Of a stretch of DNA of 64,000 bases, positions 23,713 through 33,343 are shown one piece after another (position 1 is the first letter of the stretch; every line of letters starts with the position of its first letter). Under the pieces are notes generated by a model that saw nothing but the letters and a program-made list of their open reading frames with translations, was not told the DNA's origin and did not search any database. This DNA is from Rebecca billardiae RCC1528 (lineage: Eukaryota; Protista; Haptophyta): contig OZ251227.1 in the NCBI GenBank assembly GCA_965240325.2, positions 1,984,001 to 2,048,000 of the forward strand. Reading direction: 5' to 3'. Made by a program: the position numbers and the translations under genes.

Positions 23713-25535
23713 ATATGACCGCGTTCCGCGGTCCTTCCGTAGAACCAACGTAGTTAGGGGCCCGCGGTGCAACCTCCGTCGGCTGCTGGCATCGATATCA
23801 GTCTGACTGACATATGGCGGGCCGAGGACTGTCGCCGCGTGCCGCGCGGCGGGAAGCGCGGCCGCCGGCGGGCGGCGCGCGCGCGCACGGGGCGAGAGGC
23901 GCCGCGCGGCGCGGGGCGGCGCGTGCGGCGGCGTGCGGGCGCACCTGCTTGAGGTGCTCGCGCTGCGCCATGCGCTCGACGACGGGCCGCTGGTCGCTCA
24001 GCCGGCGCGCCTCGTGCCGGCACAGAGCGAGAGCGCGCGCCCAACTACCAGCGGGCATTGCTGGCCCCGGCCTGCGCTGCGCAGGGTTCCGCGCACCGAT
24101 CGCCAGAGGCGAGACCGAGAGGAGCTCGGAGTGGAACGAGGCGAGCGGCGCGTCGCGCCTGCCGCCGCGCGTGCGCGCCTGCTCCACCGCGCCGCCGTGC
24201 TCGCCCGCCGCCTCCTCGTCCGCCGCGTCGGCCTCGAATAAGCCACGGCGGCGGCCAGCCAGCGCGGCAGGCTGACAATAATCGGCAGCCCGTGGCCGTG
24301 CGTGCTCACCGAGTTGCTGCTGCTGCACCTCCGGCGCGGTCGACGACCGAGTTGAGGAGGAGCTCGCGCTCGGCGTCGAGGAGCGAGCTCGCGAGCTCGA
24401 GCTCGCCCTTCAGCCGCGCTAGCTCCGGGCGCATCCTGGCTCATCTCCGCTGCTGCGTGCCGTCGCGGCGCGCTCCCGTCCTCATTCCTCAATCAAGCGA
24501 CGAGCTCGCGTAGTGCTCCGGACTCGGCTCGCCCTTGCGCGCTCCTCCTCGAGCGACGAACGCACCCGCGGGCAGGACCTTGTTGGGCGCGCGCCGACTC
24601 GGCGTGACTCGGCCACGCGGCCCGGCAAGACGCCGACAGACCGGTGCGGGCGCGCTCGGTGACGGAGCGGAGCGCGAGGGCCGGGCGAGACGGACGGAGT
24701 AGACGCGGGGCCTGCGAGGCGACAGGCGCGCTCGGGGAGAGCAGAGTGCGAGGGCGAGAGGCAGCCGCCGGCCGGCCCCCGCCACCACCTCGCGCACCGC
24801 GGCGTACTGCGGCGGCACGCGCACGCACGGAGTTCCCGGTCCGAGTCAACGGGGCTCCACGCGTCGCGGCTCGCGCCGGCGCATACCGGCGCCGCGAGTC
24901 GTCAATCAAGGCCTTGCCCCATAGTGCAATTTCGTCTGCTGTATATTCGTCACGAATACCCGCCTACGGAGTGATCATCTTTTCGGCCTGCAGTGCGCCC
25001 TCTAGTGGAGAGCTTCCGCGGGAACCATGTCCATTTACGACCATGCACGTTCAACCGTATCGTCGCAGAAGATTGAACGTGAATGAACGGGACGAACCCC
25101 CTTGGTAGAATACCCTGCTACTGTAGGACCCCCGTGCACATGCACTTTTAAAAAACACGTCCGGCCCTGGGTCCGGTTGGTCCCGGACTGATGGCGACCA
25201 AGTTTTGTTCCGTATGAATATTTACAACAAATCGCAGCTAGATATTCGTTCACTACTACCCAGATATACTGACAAGTGCACGTCCACAGGCTCACGTCCG
25301 TCCGTAGATACAGGAATTGGAGCGGGCGCGGCTATTTCGTCAATCGCATCTTGAGGCTAATGGAGAGCAAAGGGCCAACGTACCCCTCGAAAAAGCGAAA
25401 ACTCACCCTCCAACAGCCCTCAAAATCGTCCCCCGTCCCCTTTTCTTTGATCAAAAGATCTTTTTGACAACGTAGTGAGGGCCCCCGGCGGGGCTCCACG
25501 CTACGCGCTCCGCCCTTCACCGCGGGCCATGAAAA
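23713..25535 (-). mobile_element. Non-autonomous Helentron/Helitron2-like element, copy B
   Basis: 23713-23781 matches 6515-6590 (same hairpin and subTIR). 25422-25535 matches 8054-8166. The interior is unrelated to copy A. Confidence 0.7.
23800..24600 (-). pseudogene. Decayed gene-like fragment inside Helentron-like copy B
   Basis: Coiled-coil-like peptides (ELARLKGELELASSLLDAERELLLN; RHEARRLSDQRPVVERMAQREHLKQ) lie in different frames with stops between them. A typical donor CAG|GTGCGC at ~23944 is followed by GC-rich intron-like sequence. Confidence 0.35.
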
Positions 25536-26121
25536 TACTCGCGATGAATCTGCAGATCGGCCGCGGGGGCGCCCCGGATGGCCCGGATGGGCCCGATGGC
25601 CACCGCAGCGTCCGCGACTCATTACTCTGACGAAGGACCCTGCGGGCCTGGCACTCATTAATGGTCGCCTCGGTATTACATTATTATTAAACAGTAGCAG
25701 CTGATCAGTACGGATCATCATAAGAATACGACCCGGTCCACCGGGGCGCACGGGCCGACCCGTCAGGCCCGCGAGTATAGACTATAGGCGGCGTAGTAAT
25801 AGTTAGTCTTTAGAGAGTTGAGCTAGTTGCGCCGCCCCGGGCTGGCCGCGCCCGCCGAGTGACCACTAGCCAGCCGGCAGTCACAGCGCCACAAATAAAT
25901 CAAGTGGCGGAATAAATGCGACTTATACAGCATGCGGTGGCCGCGGTGCAAGGGCGGCCAATCGAATATTACCTCGTTCCTGGCAACGTCTGCCGGCGGC
26001 AAGCATTGTTAAATGATGAAAGGCGTCGTGCACAGCGCCTGTCCGGTGCCTCCCATCTCCGTCGCTTGGTGCAGCGACGCCGTCCAGCGGCGCAGCCCGC
26101 GGCGCGTGGAGCCTCGCGCAG

Positions 26122-27558
26122 CTATTCGGCGTAGTGGTCGGAGGCGGACTCTTGCATGACGCGCTCGACGAACGTGCGCCCAGCGCACTTGTGCAAGCCG
26201 AGGTGCTCGAGGGCTGTGCGCGGCGAGCCGCGGGTGATTGTTTCGATGGTGAAGTGCGCCTCCTCCTCCATCCAGCGCGTGAGCTCGTGCTCGATGAGCT
26301 CAAACTCGATGCGCGCGCTCGGGTCGGCGTCCCATGCGCGCTGTACTAGCGCCTTGGCCGCCGCGGGCCAGCGCGTGGGCAAGCTCGGCCGCAGGTCGTT
26401 GCTGGCGGCTGCGCGCGCCAGCTCCTCTGCGCGCTGCGGCGGGCCCGTGTGGGCAGGGCGCCGGACGAGGAGCTCGTAGAGCAGCACACCTGCGTGCGCG
26501 GCGCAGGGGGCACGCGCGCGGCGGAGCACGTGAGCACGCGCGCGGCGCGGCGGCACGGGGCGCGCGGCGCGGCGCGAACCAAAGGCGTAGATGTCCGCCC
26601 TGTGCGTCGCCGGCTCTCCGCGCAGCAGCTCAGGCGCGGCGTAGTGCCTCAGCTGCTGCGCCGCAGCCGGCCTGCTGCCGCCGCCGCCCCCGGGCAGCGT
26701 GCCCGCATCGGAGGCGCGTCTGCTCGCCGGCTCGAACGCAGAGAGGTGGAAGTCCGCGATCTTCGCCGACACGCGCGGCCCGCACAGCAGGATGTTCTCC
26801 GGCTTGAGCGTGCGGTGCACGATGGGCGGCGAGCAGCTGTGGAGGTAGGCCAAGCCCGAGGCGACCTCTTGCGCCCATTGCACGCCCTCCGCGACGGTGA
26901 ACGGGCGCGCGAGGCCCGCGGGCGCGTGGATGAGCGGGTGCAGCGTGCCGTGCGGCGCGAACTCCTGCACGAGCGCCAGCTCGTCCTGCCCGTCCTCGCC
27001 CTTGCTCACCGTGCACCCGACGTACCCAATCACGTTCGGGTGCGCCAGCGAGCGCAGCAGGAGCAGCTCGCGCATCCACTGCGCGAGGTCGGCCTCGTCG
27101 GCGCTCCTGGCCGCAGCCGCGCCGCCGTCCACGCGGAGGATCGGCTTGCGGTGCTTCAGCGCCACCAGGTCGTTCGCGTCGCGCACGACCGAGTGCGCGG
27201 GCATGCCGGGCCGTGCGTAGTACTTGCACCGCCACACGATCCCGTACGTGCCCTCACCCACAATGTCGTGCTGCTCGAGCTCGATCGCCGGGATGATGAG
27301 CGTGTGGTCGAGCGCGAGCGCGCGTAGCCGCTTCACGCTGGGCTCCGAACCCGGCTCCAGCTGCCGCGCGAGCACCTCTAGGTTGGGCCCGTGCACCACG
27401 GAGCGCCGGCTCGGCTCGCGTATAGGTGAATCCGCAGGCGCGAGCGCAAGCTCGGTCGAGAAGCTGACCGACGCGCGCTTGCTCTTGCCACGGCTCGAGC
27501 CGTCCGCCGCCTCATCCGCCCTGCCTCCTGTCGCGCCGCTCAGCGCCCACGCGAACAT
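26122..27558 (-). CDS. TKL-group protein kinase-like protein, probable pseudokinase; exons 27558-26580, 26489-26122
   Basis: GEGTYGIV, VALK, HPNVIGYVG, HRTLKPEN, DFH, YAAPE, DIYAFG|VLLYEL. In-frame 90-nt intron 26490-26579. Confidence 0.88.
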   Translation of the reverse strand: MFAWALSGATGGRADEAADGSSRGKSKRASVSFSTELALAPADSPIREPSRRSVVHGPNLEVLARQLEPGSEPSVKRLRALALDHTLIIPAIELEQHDIVGEGTYGIVWRCKYYARPGMPAHSVVRDANDLVALKHRKPILRVDGGAAAARSADEADLAQWMRELLLLRSLAHPNVIGYVGCTVSKGEDGQDELALVQEFAPHGTLHPLIHAPAGLARPFTVAEGVQWAQEVASGLAYLHSCSPPIVHRTLKPENILLCGPRVSAKIADFHLSAFEPASRRASDAGTLPGGGGGSRPAAAQQLRHYAAPELLRGEPATHRADIYAFGSRRAARPVPPRRARAHVLRRARAPCAAHAGVLLYELLVRRPAHTGPPQRAEELARAAASNDLRPSLPTRWPAAAKALVQRAWDADPSARIEFELIEHELTRWMEEEAHFTIETITRGSPRTALEHLGLHKCAGRTFVERVMQESASDHYAE

Positions 27559-27761
27559 GCACGCCAGCCAGGCGCGCGCGCTCGCGCTCCCAAAAGGCGC
27601 TGGTCCCGGATGCGCGCGCCGAGCCGGCGAGCCCGGGCGCCACCTTTTTTGCGACGATGCGACCTGCTTGCAATTTACGTCCGGAAGCACTCCGGAATCG
27701 GGAATCCGGGTTCCTGCATTTCTTCATAACTCTCCGGCCCTCGGCCGGGCAACGCGCCAGA

Positions 27762-29825
27762 ATGGTGGCCGACGAGCTCGCGCTGCCAGCGCAGCCCGTG
27801 TTCGCGGCGGCGTGCGCGCTCATGCTCGTGCTGAGCGTCGTGCTCGGCGTCGCCAAGCGCCGCACCGGCACCGGTCGCGCCGCTGACGTCGACGCGGACG
27901 TCGACACGGCGGGGGAGGGCACGCCGCTGATGGGCGGCGCGCCGTGCGCGCCGACGGCGCGCGCCTACGGCACGAAGGGAGGAGCAGCGCGCCCCGCCGT
28001 GGTGGCCCTGGCGGCCGTGGTCCTGATCGCCGGCCTCGCCTTCGTCGGGCCCTCGGGCCTTGGCCGGCTGCTCGGCACCGGCGGCGGCGGCACTGGCGCG
28101 GCGGCGACGCACTGCATGACCTCGGACGAGCAGCTGCTCGCGGGCGCGTACGACGTGCGCGGGCTGGGTGGGCTCGGGCTGCCGCCGGTGGGCCGGCCGT
28201 TCTGGCGCGTGCGCACCGTCTCGCCCAAGGCGCAGCGCCTCTTCGACCAGGGCGTGCTGCTCGCCTTCGGCTTCAACCACGCCGAGGCGATCCGCAACCT
28301 CGAGGCGGCGCGCCGGCACGACCCGAGGTGCGTGATGTGTGCGTGGGCGCTGGCGTACTGCTACGGGCCGTACGTGAACGCGCCGATGTCCGAGGAGCGC
28401 TCGATGACCGCGCGGCACATCGTCGACGAGGCGCTCGAGCTCGTGCGCGCCGACGCGGCCGACGCCGCCGCGGACGCGCACGCGGACGGCGCCGCGGAGG
28501 CCGAGTGGGTGCGCGCGCTCGACCGTCGATATGCTGCGGACAGCGGCGCGTTCGCGGCGACGGCGCAGGCGGCGCGCGACGAGGCGTACTCGGAGGCGCT
28601 GGGCGCGATCGTCGCCGCGCGCCCGGACGACCTCAACGCCGCCGCGCTGTACGCTGACTCGCTCATGACGCGCTTCCCCTGGGACTACTTTGTGTTCAAG
28701 CCGACGACGTCGCGCCGGCCGGGCGTCGCGGACTACCGGCCGGAGGGGGCGCGCGCGCGCGCGGAGGTGGAGCGCGTGCTCGCGCGCGAGCCGAGCCACC
28801 CGCTCGCGCTGCACCTGCTCGTGCACCTCACCGAGTCGTCCGACACGCCCTCCGACGGCCTGCCCGCCGCGCACGCGCTTGCCGCCGGCGCGGCGGGCGG
28901 CGCGAGCTCGCACCTCGTGCACATGGCGGGCCACGCGTACCTCAACACCGGCGCGTACGCAAACGTGACGGACGTGAACGCGCGCGCCGTGCGCGTCGAC
29001 GAGGCGTACGCGGCGCGCTGCCTCGAGCCGTACTTCCCCGGCCACCAGAGGGGGCAGCTGCAGGCGGGCGCGCTCTTCGAGGCGCGCGCCGCGCTCGCGC
29101 TCGCGCACGCGGCGCCCGCCTCGGCGCTCGACGCGGCCGCGCAGAGCGCGCACATCCAGGGCCTGTTTGCGCTGCCGCGCCCGCTCGTGCGCGCGCGCTT
29201 TGCGCACTGGGGCGCGATCCTGGGCGCCGACGCGCGCGAGGACGAGGGCTCCCTCGCCGGCGTGCGCGCGCACCCGTTCACCGCCGCGATCTGGTCGTAC
29301 GCGCGCGCGCTCGCGCTGCTGCGCACGGGCGCGCGCGACGCGGCGCGCGCAGAGGCGGCGGCGCTGCGCGCGCACGCAGCGCAGATCCCGCCGCCGTCGC
29401 TGCCGGCGGGGCACGTGTTCGAGGCGAGCCACCGCAAGTTGGGCGGGCTGATGAACGACACCGTGGCCGCGGCGCTCGCGCTCGACGCGGCCGACCTGCC
29501 CGCCGCGCTCGGCGCGCTGCGCGGCGCGGTCGGCGTGCAAGACGCGCTGCCCTACATGGAGCCGGAGCACTGGTACCTGCCGGTGCGGCTGTGCCTCGGC
29601 GCGCTGATGCTCCGCGCGGGCGACGCGGCGGGCGCGCGCGCCGAGTACGACGAGGACCTGAGACAGCACCCCAACTCGGGCTGGGCGCTGCTCGGCAAGC
29701 GCGACGCGCTGCGCGCGCTGGGCGAGCACGACGCCGCCGCGTCGCTGCAGCCTCGCATCGACGCGGCGTTCTCGCGCGCGGACACGCCGCTGGCCGGGAC
29801 GTGCTGCGAGCTGGGCATGTGCTGA
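27762..29825 (+). CDS. Membrane-anchored TPR-repeat protein of a bacterial/fungal-type family, intronless
   Basis: AQRLFDQG..FGFNHAEAIRN, CAWALAYCYGPYVN, HPLALHLLVH, HLVHMAGHAY, LPYMEPEHW, YDEDLRQHPNSGWAL; two N-terminal hydrophobic segments. Confidence 0.8.
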   Translation: MVADELALPAQPVFAAACALMLVLSVVLGVAKRRTGTGRAADVDADVDTAGEGTPLMGGAPCAPTARAYGTKGGAARPAVVALAAVVLIAGLAFVGPSGLGRLLGTGGGGTGAAATHCMTSDEQLLAGAYDVRGLGGLGLPPVGRPFWRVRTVSPKAQRLFDQGVLLAFGFNHAEAIRNLEAARRHDPRCVMCAWALAYCYGPYVNAPMSEERSMTARHIVDEALELVRADAADAAADAHADGAAEAEWVRALDRRYAADSGAFAATAQAARDEAYSEALGAIVAARPDDLNAAALYADSLMTRFPWDYFVFKPTTSRRPGVADYRPEGARARAEVERVLAREPSHPLALHLLVHLTESSDTPSDGLPAAHALAAGAAGGASSHLVHMAGHAYLNTGAYANVTDVNARAVRVDEAYAARCLEPYFPGHQRGQLQAGALFEARAALALAHAAPASALDAAAQSAHIQGLFALPRPLVRARFAHWGAILGADAREDEGSLAGVRAHPFTAAIWSYARALALLRTGARDAARAEAAALRAHAAQIPPPSLPAGHVFEASHRKLGGLMNDTVAAALALDAADLPAALGALRGAVGVQDALPYMEPEHWYLPVRLCLGALMLRAGDAAGARAEYDEDLRQHPNSGWALLGKRDALRALGEHDAAASLQPRIDAAFSRADTPLAGTCCELGMC

Positions 29826-31191
29826 GCATGCGCCCCCCGCGAGTGTCAGCGTGCCGGCTGCGCCATGTGGCACGGGCTGTCAAGAGTGGTGCGCGTGCGG
29901 TCCACACGACCGGGTTCGGACTCTGAGGCCAGTCGGACTCGCGGGCCGGGCGGGCTGGCGAGCGCCTGGCCGCGGCCGGGCTCATCACGCGTGCCGCGCC
30001 GCGCGCACGGGTTCTCTCATAGACAATCTCGTCACTCGTGCTCCGACTCCGTGCGACCTGCAGCCTGTGCAGTACGTCTCACAAGCGTGATCAAGAGCAA
30101 GGGGTGAGAGTGCTGTTAGTGTTGAGTGGTAGCCTGCCGTACGTACGTACGGTCCGCGGCAGCCTGCGAGTACGTACTTAAGGGGTTAAGCCACTATAAC
30201 TGTCAGGCAGCGCCATCGTGCCGAGGTGCCGACGTGCCCACGGCCCACGTGCGCGAATTTGTGCGACATTCACAGCGACGAGGTCGCGGTCCCCGGCCGC
30301 TCCGACGCGCTCTTGACTTCCGCGTGGGACGTGCGGAGGTCAAGAACCCATCCTACTCGTCGACGGTGCCGACCTCGCCGCCCTGAATGTCGCACAAATT
30401 TGAGATTGGCACCTCGCGCGTGCAGGCCGCGACACGCATGCCAGGTCCGCGCGGCGCTCTGTGGGCAAGCGAGCCAAGGGGCGCAGCGAGTCCGGTGCGG
30501 CTGTCGTACGGGTCGAGCGCGAGCGCCGAGTCGCAGCCGCGCGCGCGCCGCGCCGCTGGCGCCGGGTCGCCCGGGGGAGAAGGCGCAGCTGCAGTGCTCC
30601 TCTGCCATCACGCGATCCGCCGGCAGAAAGACCAGACTTTGCGCCCAGTTTTGACCAAAACGATCGGGTTTTTATCTCCGCGCGATCTGGGTAACCTGAC
30701 AATTATAGTGGCTCGGCCCTTTATCAGATGGCCGAAATCTTGGTATGGGGGTAAACCCGGCACCAACTCTACAGATGGTTATCTACTTATCTAATCGATT
30801 TACAGCTCCGGTTGCAATCATCAACCGCTCGCCAGATGATTTCGTCATTATTCTGAAATCAGGCTACTCATCAGACCGTTGCTCGGTTCTGAGTTATGAC
30901 GTACGACAATCAATCGACGACCGTACCCGCGTCATACAGGTTCGTGGGTGACGGCTAGGTATGATAATACCCGCGGAGAAGAATCGGCTACTACCAGTTG
31001 GGCAGTTGCTACTTACAACTTCCCCCGTACCCCCTATTCGTATTATTCGCTTGGCGCGAAACCAACCGCGCGTGATTTTTTGTGTTGAAACTTCCGTGAC
31101 AGACCACGGCGTTTCACAGTGCGGTCTTCCGATTGGCTGGCTCGGCCTCAAAACCGAGCGCTCCGAAGCGGCTTAAAATAAGCTACATCCA

Positions 31192-31219
31192 CCAATCACA
31201 GTGACGTCTGCCCACGTCA
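31192..31219 (+). promoter_or_regulatory. Possible CCAAT box plus inverted pair of TGACGT (bZIP-type) sites
   Basis: ccaat 31192-31196 and tgacgt-ctgccc-acgtca 31202-31219, ~60-85 bp upstream of ATG 31278. Confidence 0.3.
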
Positions 31220-31277
31220 GGTGCGCGCCCAAAATAACGCGCGGGCCCGAGCACCCACCGCTGTTGAGCTCTCCGAT

Positions 31278-32903
31278 ATGATGACCAGCGAGCACGCGGC
31301 AGCGCCACCCGCCAAGTCGGAGTCGCTTTCCGCGCGCGAGCTCTACGATCTGAACTGGCTCGTCAACGCGACGCAGGCTGCACCCGCCACCCTCGCCAAG
31401 CACGAGCGCCCGCCCGCCGAGGCGGATGCCGACGACGTGGCGCTGATGATGAACGCGCCCGCGGCGGCCGCCGAGTTCCTGCTCGACGTGCAGGCGAAGT
31501 ACGCGCTGGACGGGATCCCGCCCGACTGCGAGGGCGCATCCGCCCAAGAGGATCCGCTGGCGCCCGGCGCGCGCGAGATCCCCATGTTCCTCCAGGCGCC
31601 GTCGGCCGACCACGTGTCGCTGAACGAGTGCGAGCTCGCGCTGCGCGCAGCCATGGAGGACCACCACGAGGACGAGGACGACGCGATGTGCGTGGACTGC
31701 GTGGACGGCGTGCACGCGCCGGCGGCGATGGAGGACGATGCCCCCCTCGTCGCGCACTACGCGCCCCCCGCTGCCGACGACGAGCCGCTCGCGCAGCCGC
31801 CGGGCGTGGAGATGCCGTGCGTGCCCTCGCCGCCGCTCGCGCAGCCGCCCGCAGTCGACTCGCCGCCCATGTCGGGTGCGGACAGCTCGCGCTCGCTGCC
31901 CGCGGGCCAGCCGGTGGCGCACTCGCACTCGCACTCGCACTCGCACTCGCACTCGCACTCGTGCGCGCAGCCGCCCGCCGCGAGCAACGACTCGCCGCAG
32001 CAGTCGCACCGGCTGCCGCACTCTGAGGCTGAGCAGCAGCGCGCGGCCGCCGCGCCACTCTCGCTCCCGCTCATGCCGCTCGGGCCCGCCGAGGTGCAGG
32101 CCGCCCTCGCCGCGGGCATCAACCCGCTGCTCCTGCAGCAGCTGTGCGCGCTGCAGCAGCTGCAGGCCCTCCAGGCCGCGCAGCAGCAGCTCGGCCTCCC
32201 CGCCCTCGGCGGCTTCGCGCCCGCGCCGCCATTTGTGGCCGCGCAGCCGGTGCCGCCGGCCGCCGCGGGCGGCGCGCTCAAGACGGCGACCGGCCACCCG
32301 GTGCACGCGCCCGTCGCTCGGGCGCCGGCGGCGCCGGGGGCCGCGCCGGCGGCGCAGGCGCACCCGCTGGCCATGCAATACGCGCAGGAGCACGCGCGCA
32401 CCACGCAGATGGCGCAGCTGCAGGCGATGGTCGCGATGCAGCACCCGCACCTGCCGCGCCCGACCGCCGCCGAGGCGTCGCACGTGATCGAGCACTGGCG
32501 GCAGCACTCGGACGAGGTCGCGGCGCTCGGCGAGAAGCGCAAGGCGCAGGTGCACTTCGAGAGGCGCTCGCACCGGCACTACTGCCAGGGCTGCGGCCGC
32601 TCGAAGGCAGGGCATCGACGCTCGGAGGTGCACTCCAAGTGCGTCGACCCCGTGTGCCACTGCGGCATTCCGAGGCTGCTGCACCCGTACCCGCTGCCGG
32701 CCGGCGCGCGGTGCGGCGGCGAGTGGCGCAACATCGTCGAGCGTGCGGGCTCGCCCGCATTGGGCCTCACGTCGCCGTCAAGCAGCTCACCCCCGCAGAC
32801 GGTGACGCCACCTGCGATACTCCCCAGGCCGGCCACGCAGGCGCCGATCAACCACCTTACCTCCGGCGTCCCCCCGCTCCCGCACATGGGCGTTCCCGTC
32901 TGA
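31278..32903 (+). CDS. Hypothetical low-complexity protein with C-terminal Cys/His cluster (putative zinc-binding regulator)
   Basis: Strong GC3-biased ORF; acidic N-terminus, (HS)n repeat, Q/A/P-rich middle, then CQGC..H..HSKCVDPVCHC..H..C. Confidence 0.7.
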   Translation: MMTSEHAAAPPAKSESLSARELYDLNWLVNATQAAPATLAKHERPPAEADADDVALMMNAPAAAAEFLLDVQAKYALDGIPPDCEGASAQEDPLAPGAREIPMFLQAPSADHVSLNECELALRAAMEDHHEDEDDAMCVDCVDGVHAPAAMEDDAPLVAHYAPPAADDEPLAQPPGVEMPCVPSPPLAQPPAVDSPPMSGADSSRSLPAGQPVAHSHSHSHSHSHSHSCAQPPAASNDSPQQSHRLPHSEAEQQRAAAAPLSLPLMPLGPAEVQAALAAGINPLLLQQLCALQQLQALQAAQQQLGLPALGGFAPAPPFVAAQPVPPAAAGGALKTATGHPVHAPVARAPAAPGAAPAAQAHPLAMQYAQEHARTTQMAQLQAMVAMQHPHLPRPTAAEASHVIEHWRQHSDEVAALGEKRKAQVHFERRSHRHYCQGCGRSKAGHRRSEVHSKCVDPVCHCGIPRLLHPYPLPAGARCGGEWRNIVERAGSPALGLTSPSSSSPPQTVTPPAILPRPATQAPINHLTSGVPPLPHMGVPV

Positions 32904-33343
32904 CTGACGTCGGCCCGCGGCCCGTGGCGTGGCCGTGCCCGGCCTGCGCCGAACCGGTGAACGCCCTTCCCGGCGCGCGTGCCGCAGTTTCGCCACTTGG
33001 TTGGATTAGGCAGTGTGATTGACGTGTCAGGTATGACGACTCCTCGACAATGTTGTGCCGCGACGGAGCGTCGCCGTGCGTAAGTGTGTTTAGAACAGTT
33101 CGAGTCTGCTGATGATCAATGGCCATCGGACCGCACCGTCTGACTGACTGATTAGTTTAGAACAGTCTCGAGTCAGTCAGTCGCCCTAAAAGTCGCCAGT
33201 CGGCACGGCGGCGGCGGCGGTGGGACCCGACGACCGAGCTCGAGGTGGTCTGGTCCGGTCCGGGCGCCCGACAAATGAATAATGATGAGACGGCAAGAAG
33301 TTGGTCTCGGTCGTCCCGCGCTCCACGCCGGCCGCCCGCCGCC

